From Mobula hypostoma (lineage: Eukaryota): a stretch of DNA of 64,000 bases. This document shows, in pieces, positions 51,279 to 63,334 of this stretch. The position numbers and the translations under genes were made by a program. Each line of letters opens with the position of its first letter. The first letter of the stretch is position 1. The stretch covers positions 250,916,001-250,980,000 of the forward strand of contig NC_086097.1 in NCBI RefSeq assembly GCF_963921235.1, in the 5' to 3' direction. The notes under the pieces were generated by a model. The model saw nothing but the letters and a program-made list of their open reading frames with translations, made no database searches and was not told where the DNA came from.

Positions 51279-52321
51279 CCAATACACCCGGTGGGGCCTC
51301 CTGTATATCGGTGAGACCCACCATAGATTGGGAGACAGCTTCACCGAGCAGTTTCACTCCATCTGCCACAAAAAGCAGGATCTTCCAGTAGCCGCCTATT
51401 TCAATCCTACTTCCCATTCCCATTCCGACATGTCAGTCCACGGCCTCCTCTACTGCCACGTCGAGGCCACCCTCAGGCTGGAGGAGCAACATCTTATATT
51501 CTGTCTGGGTAGCCTCCAATCTGATAACAGGAAAATTGATTTCTCGAACACCTGGTAATGCCCCCCTCCACCACCATTCCCTATTTCTGTCTTCAGTCCT
51601 CTCCTCTCCTATCAGACTCGCCCTCCTCCGGCCCTTTATCTCTATCACCAATCAACTTCCCAGCTCTTTACTTCACCCCTCCTACTCCACTGTCTTCACC
51701 TATCACCTGCCGCCTTGTACATCTTCCTCCCCTCCCTTCACCTTCTTACTCTGACTTCTCCTCCTTCTTTCCAGTCCTGATGAAGGGTCTCAGCACGAAA
51801 CGTCAATTGTTTACTCTTTTCCATAAATGCTGCCTGACCTGCTGAGTCCCTCCATCATTTTAAGACCATAAAACATAGGAGCAGGAAGAGCCCATTTGGC
51901 CCATTGAGTTTGCTCCGCCATTCAATCATGGCTGATCCTTTTAAACCCCTCCCCAGCCTTCTCCCCGGAACCTTCGATGCCATGGCCAATCAAGAACCTA
52001 TCAATCTTTGCCTTAAATACACCCGACGACTCTGACCTTTACAGCCGCCAGTGGAAACAAATTCCACAAATTCACCACACTCTGACTAAAGAACTTCTGC
52101 CTGTGTTGCTTTGGATTTCCAGCGTCTGGAGATTTTCTCATGGTTGGGAGGGCAATAGATTCTTCTTTAGTCAGGGGATGAAGGGATACAGGGGGAAAGC
52201 AGGACAGCTTGCCTCCCTACCTTTTCACATCGGTCATCGCACTTACTGATGAGGCTTCATAAAAAAGTTTATGAAAATACATCTTTAAAAAAATGGGACA
52301 AGAGGTGTAGATTGAGTGGAT

Positions 52322-52792
52322 ATAGTCATAGTCATACTTTATTGATCCCGGGGTAAATTGGTTTTCGTTACAGTTGCACCATAAATAATTAAATAGTAAT
52401 AAAACCATAAAATAGTTAAATAGTAATATGTAAATTATGCCAGGAAATAAGTCCAGGACCAGCCTATTGGCTCAGGGTGTCTGACCCTCCAAGGGAGGAG
52501 TTGTAAAGTTTGATGGCCACAGGTAGGAGTGACTTCCTATGACGCTCTGTGTTGCATCTCGGTGGAATGAGTCTCTGGCTGAATGTACTCCTGTGCCCAC
52601 CCAGTACATTATGTAGTGGATGGGAGACATTGTCCAAGATGGCATGCAACTTGGACAGCATCCTCTTTTCAGACACCACCGTCAGAGAGTCCAGTTCCAT
52701 CCCCACAACATCACTGGCCTTACGAATGAGTTTGTTGATTCTGTTGGTGTCTGCTACCCTCAGCCTGCTGCCCCAGCACACAACAGCAAACG
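52322..52792 (-). mobile_element. Young Rex1-like (ATGACT)n-tail copy nested in a CR1 fragment
   Basis: Reverse complement of ~13936-14403. Confidence 0.9.
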
Positions 52793-53112
52793 TGATCCAG
52801 AGACTTTTCCCAGGTTGGAACTAGCTAATATGAGAGGCATAATTTTAAAGTCATTGGAGGAAAGTATAGGGGGGGACGTCAGATGGAAGTCCTGTACAGA
52901 GTGGTGAATGTGTGGAACTCCCACCCAGGGGTGATGGTAAAGGCAGATACATTGGAGACATTTCAGAACCTCTCAGGGAGGCACATGGACGATAGAAAAA
53001 TGGGAGAAAAGGGTTGGATCAATCATAGAGTATGTTAAAAGGTAGGCACAACATTGTGAGCCACAGGATACTATGCTGTAGTGTTCTACATTCTTTGGGA
53101 GAAAGGGGTAAA

Positions 53113-53690
53113 AGGCAACACACACAAAATGCTAGAGGAACTCAGCAGGTCAGGCAGCATCTGTGGAAATGAATAAACAGTCAATGTTTTGGGCCGAGAT
53201 CCTTCATCGGGACTGGAAAGGAAGGGGGAAGATGCCAGAATAGAAAGCTGGGGGGAAGGGAAGGAGGCTAGCAAGAAGAAGATGGGTGAAGCCAGGTGGG
53301 TGGGTTAGGAAAAGAGCTGGAGAGGAAGAAATCTGATAGGAAAGGAGAGTGGACCTTAGAAGAAAGGGAAGGAGGAGGGAACCCAGGGAGAGGTGACAAG
53401 AAGTAAGAGTCCAGAGAGGAGAATAGAAGAGGGGAGGGGGAGGGAGAAGGAGAAATCGATAGTTATGCCATCAGGTTGTAGGCTACCTAGACAGAATACG
53501 AGATGTTGCTCCTCCACCCTGAGAGTGGCCTCATCTTGGCACAAAAGAAGGCCAAGGACCAACATGACGCAACAGGAATGGGAAAAGGAAAGGCTGGCCA
53601 CAAAGAAGTTCCACTTTTGGGGGATAGAGGGGTGGTGCTTGGTGAAGCAGTCCCCCAGTTTATGACAGGTCTCACCAACGTACAGGAGGG
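53113..53690 (-). mobile_element. Older Penelope-like 3' fragment with dead hammerhead (53178-53215)
   Basis: LLYVGETCHKLGDCF..EEQHLVFCLGSLQPDG; core mutated to CCGATGA / AAAA. Confidence 0.8.
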
Positions 53691-53934
53691 TAAAAGGTAA
53701 AATACACACTTATATTTAGCTGTGCACTGTTTGTTCAGGGTTGACCCAAACTGGGAAATTCATTCGTTGGTCAAAATCAATATCGATATCTGCATGTGTG
53801 TGAGTTTTTGAAGGCAGATTCAGAGGTGTTACTTCATCACACTGCTGAATCAGCTTATGGTACTCGGGTAAAAAATGTAAGGAAATTAGCAGCAAATACA
53901 TAAGGAATTAAAACAGTAAAGGAAATAAAATCTT

Positions 53935-53965
<31 letters not shown>

Positions 53966-54024
53966 AACAAAAGGTTTTACATTCTGTCTCGTCCATACCA
54001 GTAAAAGTTTTTCTCTTGATTTAG

Positions 54025-54585
54025 AATATAGAACATAGAACAGTACAGTACAGTACAGGCCCTTTGGCCCACAATGTTGTGCTGACCCTTAAACCCTGCC
54101 TGCCATATAACCCCCCACCTTAGATTCCTCCATATACCTGTCTAGTAGTCTCTTAAATTTCACTGGTGTATCTGCCTCCACCACTGACTCAGGCAGTGCA
54201 TTCCACACACCAACCACTCTCTGAGTAAAAAACCTTGCTCTAATATCCCCCTTGAACTTCCCACCCCTTACCTTAAAGCCATGTCCTCTTGTATTGAGCA
54301 GTGGTGCCCTGAGGAAGAGGCGCTGGCTATCCACTCTATCTATTCCTCTTATTATCTTGTACACCTCGATCATGTCTCATCTCATCCTCCTTCTCTCCAA
54401 AGAGTAAAGCCCTAGCTTCTTCAATCTCTGATCATAATGCATACTCTCTAAAGCAGGCAGCATCCTGGTAAATCTCCTCTGTACCCTTTCCAATGCTTCC
54501 ACATCCTTCCTATAGTGAGGTGACCAGAACTGGACACAGTACTCCAAGTGTAGCCTAATCAGAGTTTTATAGAGCTGCATCATAA
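54025..54585 (-). mobile_element. CR1 3' fragment
   Basis: LEYCVQFWSPHYRKDVEALERVQRRF. Confidence 0.85.
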
Positions 54586-54896
54586 ACATCTACATTCTCC
54601 TGTGCACAGGACTTATAAGGCCATAAAGACATAGGAGCAGAATTAGACCTTTTGGCCATCAAGTCCCACCATAGCTGATATATTATCCCTCTCAACCCCA
54701 TCCTACTGCCTTCTTCCTGTAAACTTTGATGCCCTGGCTAATCAAGAATCTATCAACCTCTGCTTTAAATATAGTATCAGAATCAGGTTTAATATCACCA
54801 GCATACGTCGTGAAATTTGTTAACTTAGCAGCAGCAGTACGATGCACAATAAATATAGAAAAATAAACAAGTAAATCCATTACAGTAAGTATAAGT

Positions 54897-55198
54897 GTTG
54901 GCGTGTGGCCAATTGGTTAAGGCATTGGTCTAGTGATCTGAAGGTTGCTAGATGGAGCCTCAGCTGAGGCAGCATGTTGTGTCCTTGAGCAAGGCACTTA
55001 ATCACACATTGCTCTGCGACGACACTGGTGCCAAGCTGTATGGGTCCTAATGCCGATGTTGGACAATGTCGGTGGCGTGGAGAGGGGAGACTTGCAGCAT
55101 GGGCAACTGCTGGTCTTCCATACAACCTTGCCCAGGCCTGCGTCCTGGAAACCTTCCAAGGCACAAATCCATGGTCTCACAAGACTAACGGATGCCTA
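54897..55198 (+). mobile_element. tRNA-head SINE with RTE-type tail (same family as 42388)
   Basis: A-box TGGCCAATTGG; same core and tail. Confidence 0.72.
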
Positions 55199-55219
55199 TA
55201 TATAAAAAGTATCTATAGT

Positions 55220-56572
55220 AGAAAGGAAATTATAGACCAGTTAGCCTGACCTCAGTGGTTGGGAAGATGTGGGAGTCAGTTGTTAAAGATGAGGTGATGG
55301 TGCATTTGGTGAGAGAGGACAAGACGGGACAAGTCAGCATAGTTCCCTTAAGGAAAATTCTTGCCTGACAAACTTATTAGAATTCTTTGAGAGATTACAA
55401 GTAGGATAGATAAAGGGAATGCAGTGGATGTTGTATATTTGGATTTGCAAAAGGCCTTTGACAAGATGCTATACCTGAAGCTGCTTACCAGGTTAAGAGC
55501 CCATGTTGTTACAGGAAAGTTACTAGCATGGTTAGAGGATTGGCTGATTGGTAGGAGGCAGTGAGTGGGAATAAAAGGATCCTTTACTAGTTGGCTGCCA
55601 GTGACTAGTGATGTTCCACAGAGGTGGTGTTGGGACCGCTTCTTTTTATGCCATACATCAATAATTTAGATGATGGAATTGATGGCTTTGTTGCCAAGTT
55701 TGCAAATGATACGAAGCATGGTGGAAGGGCAAGTAGTGTTGAGGAAACAGGAAGGCTACAGAAGGAAAGACAAATTAGGAGAATGGGTAAGATAGTGGCA
55801 AATGAAATACAATGCTGGAAAATGCATAGTCATGCACTTTGGTAGAAGAAATAAATACGCAGACTATTTTCTAAACAGGGAGAAAATCCAAAACTCTGAG
55901 ATGCCAAGGTGCTTGGGAGTCCTTGCGTAGAACATCCTAAATGCTCATTTGCAGGTAGAGTCAATGGTGAGGAAGGTAAATGTAATGTTGGCATTCATTT
56001 CAAGAGGTGTAGAACACAAGAACAGGGATGTGAGGCTTTATAAGGCACTGGCGAGGACTCACCTTGAGTATTATGAACAGTTTTGGGCTCCTCATCTCAG
56101 AAAAAATGTGCTGGCATTGGAGAGGGTTGAGAGGAGGTTCACAAGGATGGTTCCAGGAATGAAAGGGTTATCATACGAGGAAAGTTTGATAGCTCTGGGT
56201 CTGTACTTGTTATGTTTCAAATGTTGAAAAGCCTAGACAGAGTAGATGTGGAAAGGATGTTTCCCATGGTAGGGGAGTCCAGGACCAGAGGACAGAGTTC
56301 TATGATAGAGGGGCGTCCATTTAAAACAAAGATGTGGAGAAATTTCTTTAGCCAGAGGGTGGAGAATTTGTAGAATTTATTACCACAGGCAGCTGTGGAG
56401 GCCACGTTGTTGGGTATATTTAAGGCAGAGCTTGATATGTTCTTGATTGGACACGGTATCAAAGGTTACGGGGAGAAGGCTGAGGAGGGGAAAAAAGGAT
56501 CAGTTATGATTGAATTGCAGTGCAGATTTGATGTGCCAAATGGCCTATTTCTGCTCCTGTGTCTTATGGTCT
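55220..56572 (+). mobile_element. Decayed CR1 RT 3' ~1.35 kb
   Basis: NYRPVSLTS, VLGPLLF..AKFAND, LEYYEQFWAP. Confidence 0.85.
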
Positions 56573-58798
56573 AAAAGGCAACATCCATCATTAAGGACCC
56601 CATCATCCAGGACATGCCTTGTTCTCATTGCTGCTATCAGGAAGGAGGTACAGGAGCCTGTAGACACACACTCAATGATTCAGAAACAGCTTCTTCCCCT
56701 CTGCCATCTGTTTTCTGAATGGACATTGAACCCATGAACACTACCTTACTACTTTTTTATTTTTACTTTTGCACTACTTATTTATCTATTTAATATATAT
56801 ACTTACTGTAATTCATGTTTTTTCTATTATTATGTATTGCAATGTACTATTGCCACAAGGACAACAGATTTCACAACATACTGTATGCCGGTGATATTAA
56901 ACCAGATTCTGATTCTGATGATCACTGGCATGTGTCGCGAAATATGTTGGTTTGCGGCAGCAGTGCATTGTAATACACAAAAAAAACTATAAATGACAAA
57001 AATTTGGCAGGCAGGTTCAAGCTGACAGGAAGGCAATAGTAACTCAAATAACCATGCATTACAACACTGGTGTGCAGAAGAGCGTATATATAAAAGAAAT
57101 TAAATAACTAATGCAAAAAATAGTGAAGTCGTGTTCATGAGTTGGTCATTGTCTGTTCAGACATCTGATGGCAGCGAGAAAGAAGCTGTTGTTAAATTTG
57201 CACTATCCTGAGGTTAATTCAAAACCCTTTATGGTACCTCAGTTTGCGGAGCTCTGAAAACATTGTAGGTTTACACAAACTCAGGGTCACTGAAGTTCAA
57301 CATAATTTGAAGTTGCCCTCTGCTGTTCCTGTCTGCCGACAGCTACGACAACAGAGTGAGTGTGGAAAATGCAGCCTTTGACTGAGCAGTGAAAAATGAG
57401 GCCCAAATTGCTATGCAGCTTCATGTCTCAGTGACAAAGGCAGTCTATAAAGCTCCATGGCGTTCAATCCACAGTGATGCACAAAGATTTACTTGAAAAG
57501 ACTTTTTCTTTGCTGATGGGTAGGATTAACAAACCCTTCATTACGATGCTTCCTTTGCAAACCTTCTGTAATGTTCAAGTTTATTTAATGTCATTTCCAG
57601 TACGCCAGTGTAAAAGAGAACAAAATAATAGTTTCTTCAGATCCGATGTAGCACAGAATAAGCACACAATAAGATAAAGAGCACAACAATCTAAAAAAAC
57701 CACAGTAAATATAAATACATAAGATAGCTTATATACACAGATCGATTGTATGTCCATAAAGTGACGCTAGGCACAGGAGCGTCTGTACATAAAGTGACTG
57801 ACAGGAAATAATAAAGTAGTGGTGGCTGGAGCTGTTGATTAGCCTTACTGCTTAGGCAGCTCCCCACCTCCTCACTGTAGACTGTCTCATTGTTGTTCAT
57901 CAATGTTCAAGTATTTTGTAGACCTTGTTTCAATTTTTGACCTTACTTATCAGGAAATGTATAGACAAACTCAAATTACTCTAATGCATCTGTTTATTTG
58001 GAACAACTCTTAAAAGAGCAAAAACTAATTGAGAAAATAGCCAGGATCCCCTTCCTTTATTTGGGACATTGTGAACTATGTACATTTCTCCCAGTTAGGT
58101 TACCCTGCACAAGCACTGCCAGAATTCACTAAGATCAGCATCGTGAGCCTGTCACGGTCATGTTGTGATGCCAAAGGCATGGCAATGGAATACTCCAACT
58201 CTTGGTGGGCAGGTTTAAGGTGATCTACCAAAATATGTTCAGGTTTACCCCTCTTATCTATGATAAAACTCTTTCCTTCCCGTTCCAAAACATGGAATGG
58301 GCCTAAGGGAACATTTGTGTGTACAAATGAGAAAGAGTGTAGGTCATCAAGGACCCAAGAGTGCTTTTGGCCATGATGGGAGGTAGGGATAGATGAAAAG
58401 AAATTGAATTTACTGAGCAGAGTGGAACGCTGTTGAGAAGCCAACCAGGGGATCGTAACATCAGGAATGAAATCACCTGGCACTCGTAATGGCTGCCCAT
58501 ATAACAAATCTGCTACGGACGACCGCAAGTCCACTTTTGCAGCAGTTCTGAGACCCAGCAGGACCCATGGGAGACGATCATGCCAACACTCATTGGACAG
58601 GGAAGCCTTTAAGGAGCAGTGAAACCACTCGCATTGGCCATTGGACTGCGGGTGATACAAAGTGGTGTGATGTAGGCTAATGCCGAAGTTTTGGCCCATC
58701 GCAGGCCAGAGGTCTGAAATGATTTGGGGACCGCAGTCAGAGGAAATATCAAATGGGTTGCCAAACCAAGCAACCCAGGTGCTGATGAACACCCGAGC

Positions 58799-59270
58799 CA
58801 TGTCTGTGGTCATTGTCAATGCTAGGAGGACGACCTCTGCCCATGTCTGTGGTCATTGTTGATGCTAGGAGGACAACCTCTGCCCATGTCTGTGGTCATT
58901 ATCGATGCTAAGAGGATGAACTTTGGCCATGTCTGTGGTCATTGTCGATGCTAGGAGGACAACCTCTGCCCATGTCTGTGGTCATTGTCGATGCTAGGAG
59001 GATGAACTTTGGCCATGTCTGTGGTCATTGTCGATGCTAGGAGGACAACTTCTGGCCATGTCTGTAGTCATTGTCGATGCTAGGACGACAACCTCTGCCC
59101 ATGTCTGTGGTCATTGTTGATGCTAGGAGGATGAACTTTGGCCATGTCTGTGGTCATTGTCGATGCTAGGAGAATGAACTTTGGCCATGTCTGTGGTCAT
59201 TGTCGATGCTAGGAGGACAACCTCTGGCCATGTCTGTAGTCATTGTCGATGCTAGGACAACCTTTAGCCA
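58799..59270. repeat. Minisatellite, 11 x 43 bp, inside the gypsy integrase
   Basis: CATGTCTG anchor at 58799, 58842, 58885, 58928, 58971, 59014, 59057, 59100, 59143, 59186 and 59229. Confidence 0.95.
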
Positions 59271-62159
59271 CCTGGTGGTACAGTCCGCTATGGTAAGAAG
59301 GTGCATGAAACCACGTGGGGGGGGGGGAGGTGAAGATGACCAACAAGGTCCATATTGACATGGTCAAACCATCCCTTAGGGACCTCAAAAGGTGCCAGTG
59401 GTGTCTGAACATGACGGTTAACTGTTGTCTGCTGACACTCCACACAAGCTGCAGTCCAATCATACATGTCCTTTCTGAGGCTGCGCCAAATAAACTTTGG
59501 TGCATCCAGTTTCTGTGAGAGGCCCGGATGCGAGAGACCATGTAAGGCATCAAGAACAGTCCATCTCCAGTTTGCGGGCATGAAGGAGTGAGGGCGACCA
59601 GTTGAGACATCGCACAAGAGAGAACTCCAGCTTCCCCGAATTTAATGTCAGCCAACCGCAAGCCCATGAATGCTGTTCGGTAAGCCTGGACCCTCAGTCA
59701 GTAACTTGGTCGACTGCCATGCCAGCATAGTCAACCCCTATGTGTACGGCCTCAACATCTGGCCATGAGAGGCAATCAGCCACTGCATTATTTTCCTCCT
59801 TGACGTATATCAGTTGTCAACTCAGATATGTAGGCCAGGTGGTGTTGCTGCCGTGCAGACCAGGGTTCTGGTGTTTTGGCCATGGCGTGCACAAGGGTTT
59901 GTGGTCAACGAATATTAAGTTGCAACCCTTTAAAAGAAAGCGAAAATGACGGACAGCCAGATAGAGACCGAGAAGCTCACAGTCAAACGTGCTGTACTTC
60001 CTTTCGGGCGGATGGAGCTGCTGACTGAAGAAGGCGCGCAGCTGCCACACATCTCTGGCCAACTGCTCGTGCACGGCACCCACAGTGTAGACTGAGGTGT
60101 CGGTAGTAATGGCTATGGGTGCGTTGAGGAGTGGGTGTGCCAGCAGGGTCACATTAGAAAGAGCTCACTTGGTATCATCAAATACCCCTGGTCATCTCCG
60201 CTGACCAGTCAAACATTCGATTGGGGCATTGCCTTTAAGAGCACCAGACAGGGGGAGCACAAGTTTAGCAGCTTGTGGAATGAAGCCGTGATAGAAATTT
60301 ACCAAAAATACGTCTGTGGTGTTTTTAGTAGTGCTGTGCAGTGGGAAATCTATAAAAGCAGCCACCTTTGATAGGAGGCGTTTCGCTTTTTCTGCGATAT
60401 GATGGTTGAGAAAGTCAATGGTTGACAACCCAAACTAGCATTTAGCAGGATTAATAATTAACCCGTGTTGGCTTAAGCACTCAAAAGGTGTGTGGAGTTG
60501 AGATATGCGATCAGATTTGGACACAATGGCGAAAGGTATGTCATCCCGGTAAACAAAAAGAAAATCTAAGTCTTTTAATAGAGTCCATCAACTGTTGGAA
60601 AGTCTGTGCTGCATTTTTCAGTCCAAACAGCATTGATAGAAACTCAAAGAGGCCAAATGGGGCTATCACAGCTGTTTTGGGAATGTCCCCCGAGCAGAAA
60701 AGCACCTGATCGACTTCGGAAAAAATTAACTAAACATGTTAAAAAGTCTTAGATGTGTGCGGTCAGGTAACAATCGGGGTTGTAGCCTTGTTAAGGCGTC
60801 AATAATCACCACATAGGCGGCAACCAGCATTGGACTTATGGACCATATGATAGGATGAAGCCCAGGGGTTATTCGACCTGTGTACAATGCCAAGTCTTTC
60901 ATGTTGGCAAACTCAGTCTTTGCATTTACCAGCTATTCTGGGTCCAGTCTACATGCACAGGCATAGACCGGTGGGCCAGTTTTGGGAATGTGGTGCACAA
61001 CCCCATGTTTTGTGACTGTGGTGGAGATTGTGGGCTTTGTGAGGTCTGGGAATTCACCCAGCAGTTGAGTAAACATGCGGTGGTATACACGCTTGACGGA
61101 GTAATGGGGAACTTACTGGGGGTTCAGGGTAGCGACCCAAGCCAGCAGTTCTTAAGATGGACTGACTGTCCTCGGGCACACAGGAAATCTGCACCGAGCA
61201 GAGGTCTAGCCTCTTTAGCCAGGATGAAGTCCCATGGGTAATGTCACCCACTGAAGCAGAGCGTCACCTGTCATGTCCCATAAGTCTGGGTCCTGCTGCC
61301 ATTGGCGGCCTCCAGCGAGTTTCGTCACTCTTTGCCTTCTCATCAATAGGCAATGCTGGCAGCATACTCACTTGAGCACCGATGTCTCACAGGACGCGTC
61401 GCCCTGAAAGGGAATCCGCAATGAACAGCAGACGACTCTGGCAGCAGGAACCCAGTCTTCACAGACGTCTGATGTCCCGATGCGCTGGCACTGTCGGAGC
61501 TGCAAAGCGGTCGTCACGTTCCAGTGTTCGAACCAATGCAAGCACGGTAAAAACACAGGCCCTGCTCATATGTTTCGGTGTCCTAATGTTGGAGGCCGTG
61601 CAGACCAGGGCCTACTGAAGCAGGGAAAGGGAGAAATGATGTACCACTACCTGTCTGAGTGTAGACTACACTTTAGCAAGCTCCCTAGCAGCCCATCATG
61701 GGTGTATTAGAGAGGGCTATGCAAACTTGCACAGGCATTTGCTGCATAAAGAGTTCTTAAAAAAATAAATCATGGATGCTGATTTTCCAGAAGAAACAGC
61801 ATATGATTTCATCAGCTCAAAAGACTTAGCATCGCTAAGACCGGAGAAGGAGGACGACTGTTTGTCGCATTCAGACTCCGATAGTCGAAAAGTCTGTAAA
61901 AGGTGAGTTTTCAGTGATCGGTGTTTATCGTGTTTACGTGGGTGTCCAAGCAGACTCACTACTCTCGCGGCTGTGGAACTGCTGAGCGACACTACCACAT
62001 AGTAGAACTTGGTGTCATCGGCAGTGATTTCTTGCAGAGCAAACTGGGCCTCAGCTTGTACAAACCACACGACGGCATTTTGTCCCAAAAGCACCAGCAG
62101 CTTCAAAGTGCCTGCATTGGCTGACATGTTCAATAACTCTGGAATTGTCCCAGAGCACT

Positions 62160-62169
62160 GGGGTCACCA
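62160..62169 (-). promoter_or_regulatory. Primer-binding site complementary to the tRNA-Trp 3' end
   Basis: TGGTGACCCC immediately after the 5' LTR. Confidence 0.7.
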
Positions 62170-63334
62170 ATTTAGGTTTTTGCAAATAAAAGAAAGAGAG
62201 GCATTTTATGCGTAATGAAACCTGTGGCACATTTTATTGAACTCCAAAACCTAAACACAAAAGTGCACTAAAAATCCTCACGTAACAACGTCACCACATC
62301 AGACCAGCCTCTTAAAGCAAAACCCCAGCTCAATGTCAGTGGTTGTGAATTACGTATGTTTCTCCTAATTATATTACCCTACAATGCCTGATCTTGGGCA
62401 TTCATAACAAACATCAGACCTTTCAAAGAGAACAGCAAATCAGACTCCATCTTAAAGTTAAGTTAACAAGACTATTTATTCTACTGAAGTTGAACAACCA
62501 CATCAATAAATCATATTCTATAGTTATGCACTTGCGGTAAAATTCCTTCCTTTTAATTTGAGAAGTAAATAGAAAGGTCTCAGTAACAGTGATTACCATC
62601 CCCCCCAACTTCTTACGGGTGTGAATCTAATTGATAGTTTATCTTGAAGACTTAAACATTTTATTTAATCTAACACTTACTGAGAATTCCTTTTGCAAAT
62701 TGCCTCCTCAAAAAAGCTCTCCATCTTAAACGTAATTTTAAATTTCCCATCTTAGATATGTCAATGAGCAATAAAAATTAATTACAAAATGGAGAAAAAG
62801 TTCAATTCTAATCAAGTTGGATTCAAAGTTCAAAGTACATTTATTATCAAAATATGTATACCATATCCATTCTTGAGATTTGTCTCCTTACAGATGGCCA
62901 TAAAATAAAGAAATTCAAAACAACCTATGAAAAAAGTAGACCTTCAAACACACAATATGCAGAGAGAGAAAAAAATCAAAAAAAAAAGAATTTAAAACCA
63001 TGAAAACAGGAAACGAACATACAATATATTGATAGATAAAAGGATTTGAGGCGATGATGCTTAACATATTGTGGGTAAAGAATTTGGTACAGGCAGTAAA
63101 TCTCCCCAAACATCTATGGCACTCATTACCACATGACAGCTGTGGAGGCCAAGTCATTGGGTATGTTTAAAGTGGACGTCGACAGGTTCTCGTTTAGTCA
63201 GTGTCACGGGTTACGGGCAGAAGGCAGGAGAATAGGGTTGAGAGAGATAATAAATCAGCCATGGATGAAATGGTGGAGCAGACTTGATGGGCTGAATGGC
63301 CTAGTTCTGCTCCAATGTCTTCTGGTCTTATGGT

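Larger units (their letters stand above)
49155..52142 (+). mobile_element. Penelope-like copy split inside GIY-YIG by a hAT-like MITE; hammerhead at 51772-51809; CR1 tail inserted ~51861-52098
   Basis: GVIYC| ... |GLLYIGET halves either side of 49465-51278; CAGTC CTGATGA AGGGTCTCAGCAC GAAA CG TC AATTG. Confidence 0.8.
58070..62383 (-). mobile_element. Old Ty3/gypsy LTR retrotransposon (gag-protease-RT-RNase H-integrase), 5' LTR 62171-62383, 40-bp 3' LTR remnant 58070-58109
   Basis: gag WFVQAEAQFAL..DDTKFYYVV; RNase H TDTS..GAV..YSTFDCELLGLY; integrase HGLSHPG..CVEC, ISSDCGPQ, YHPQSNG; LTR starts TGTAGGGTAA vs TGCAGGGTAA (31/40 identical). Confidence 0.88.

Noticed and set aside
53716..53901. 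61-aa ORF as an extra RAD54B exon
   Set aside because: No recognisable similarity, ends in a stop, and no convincing splice pair.
58799..59270. CRISPR-like array
   Set aside because: Head-to-tail 43-bp units with no unique spacers, in a eukaryotic retrotransposon; it is a minisatellite.
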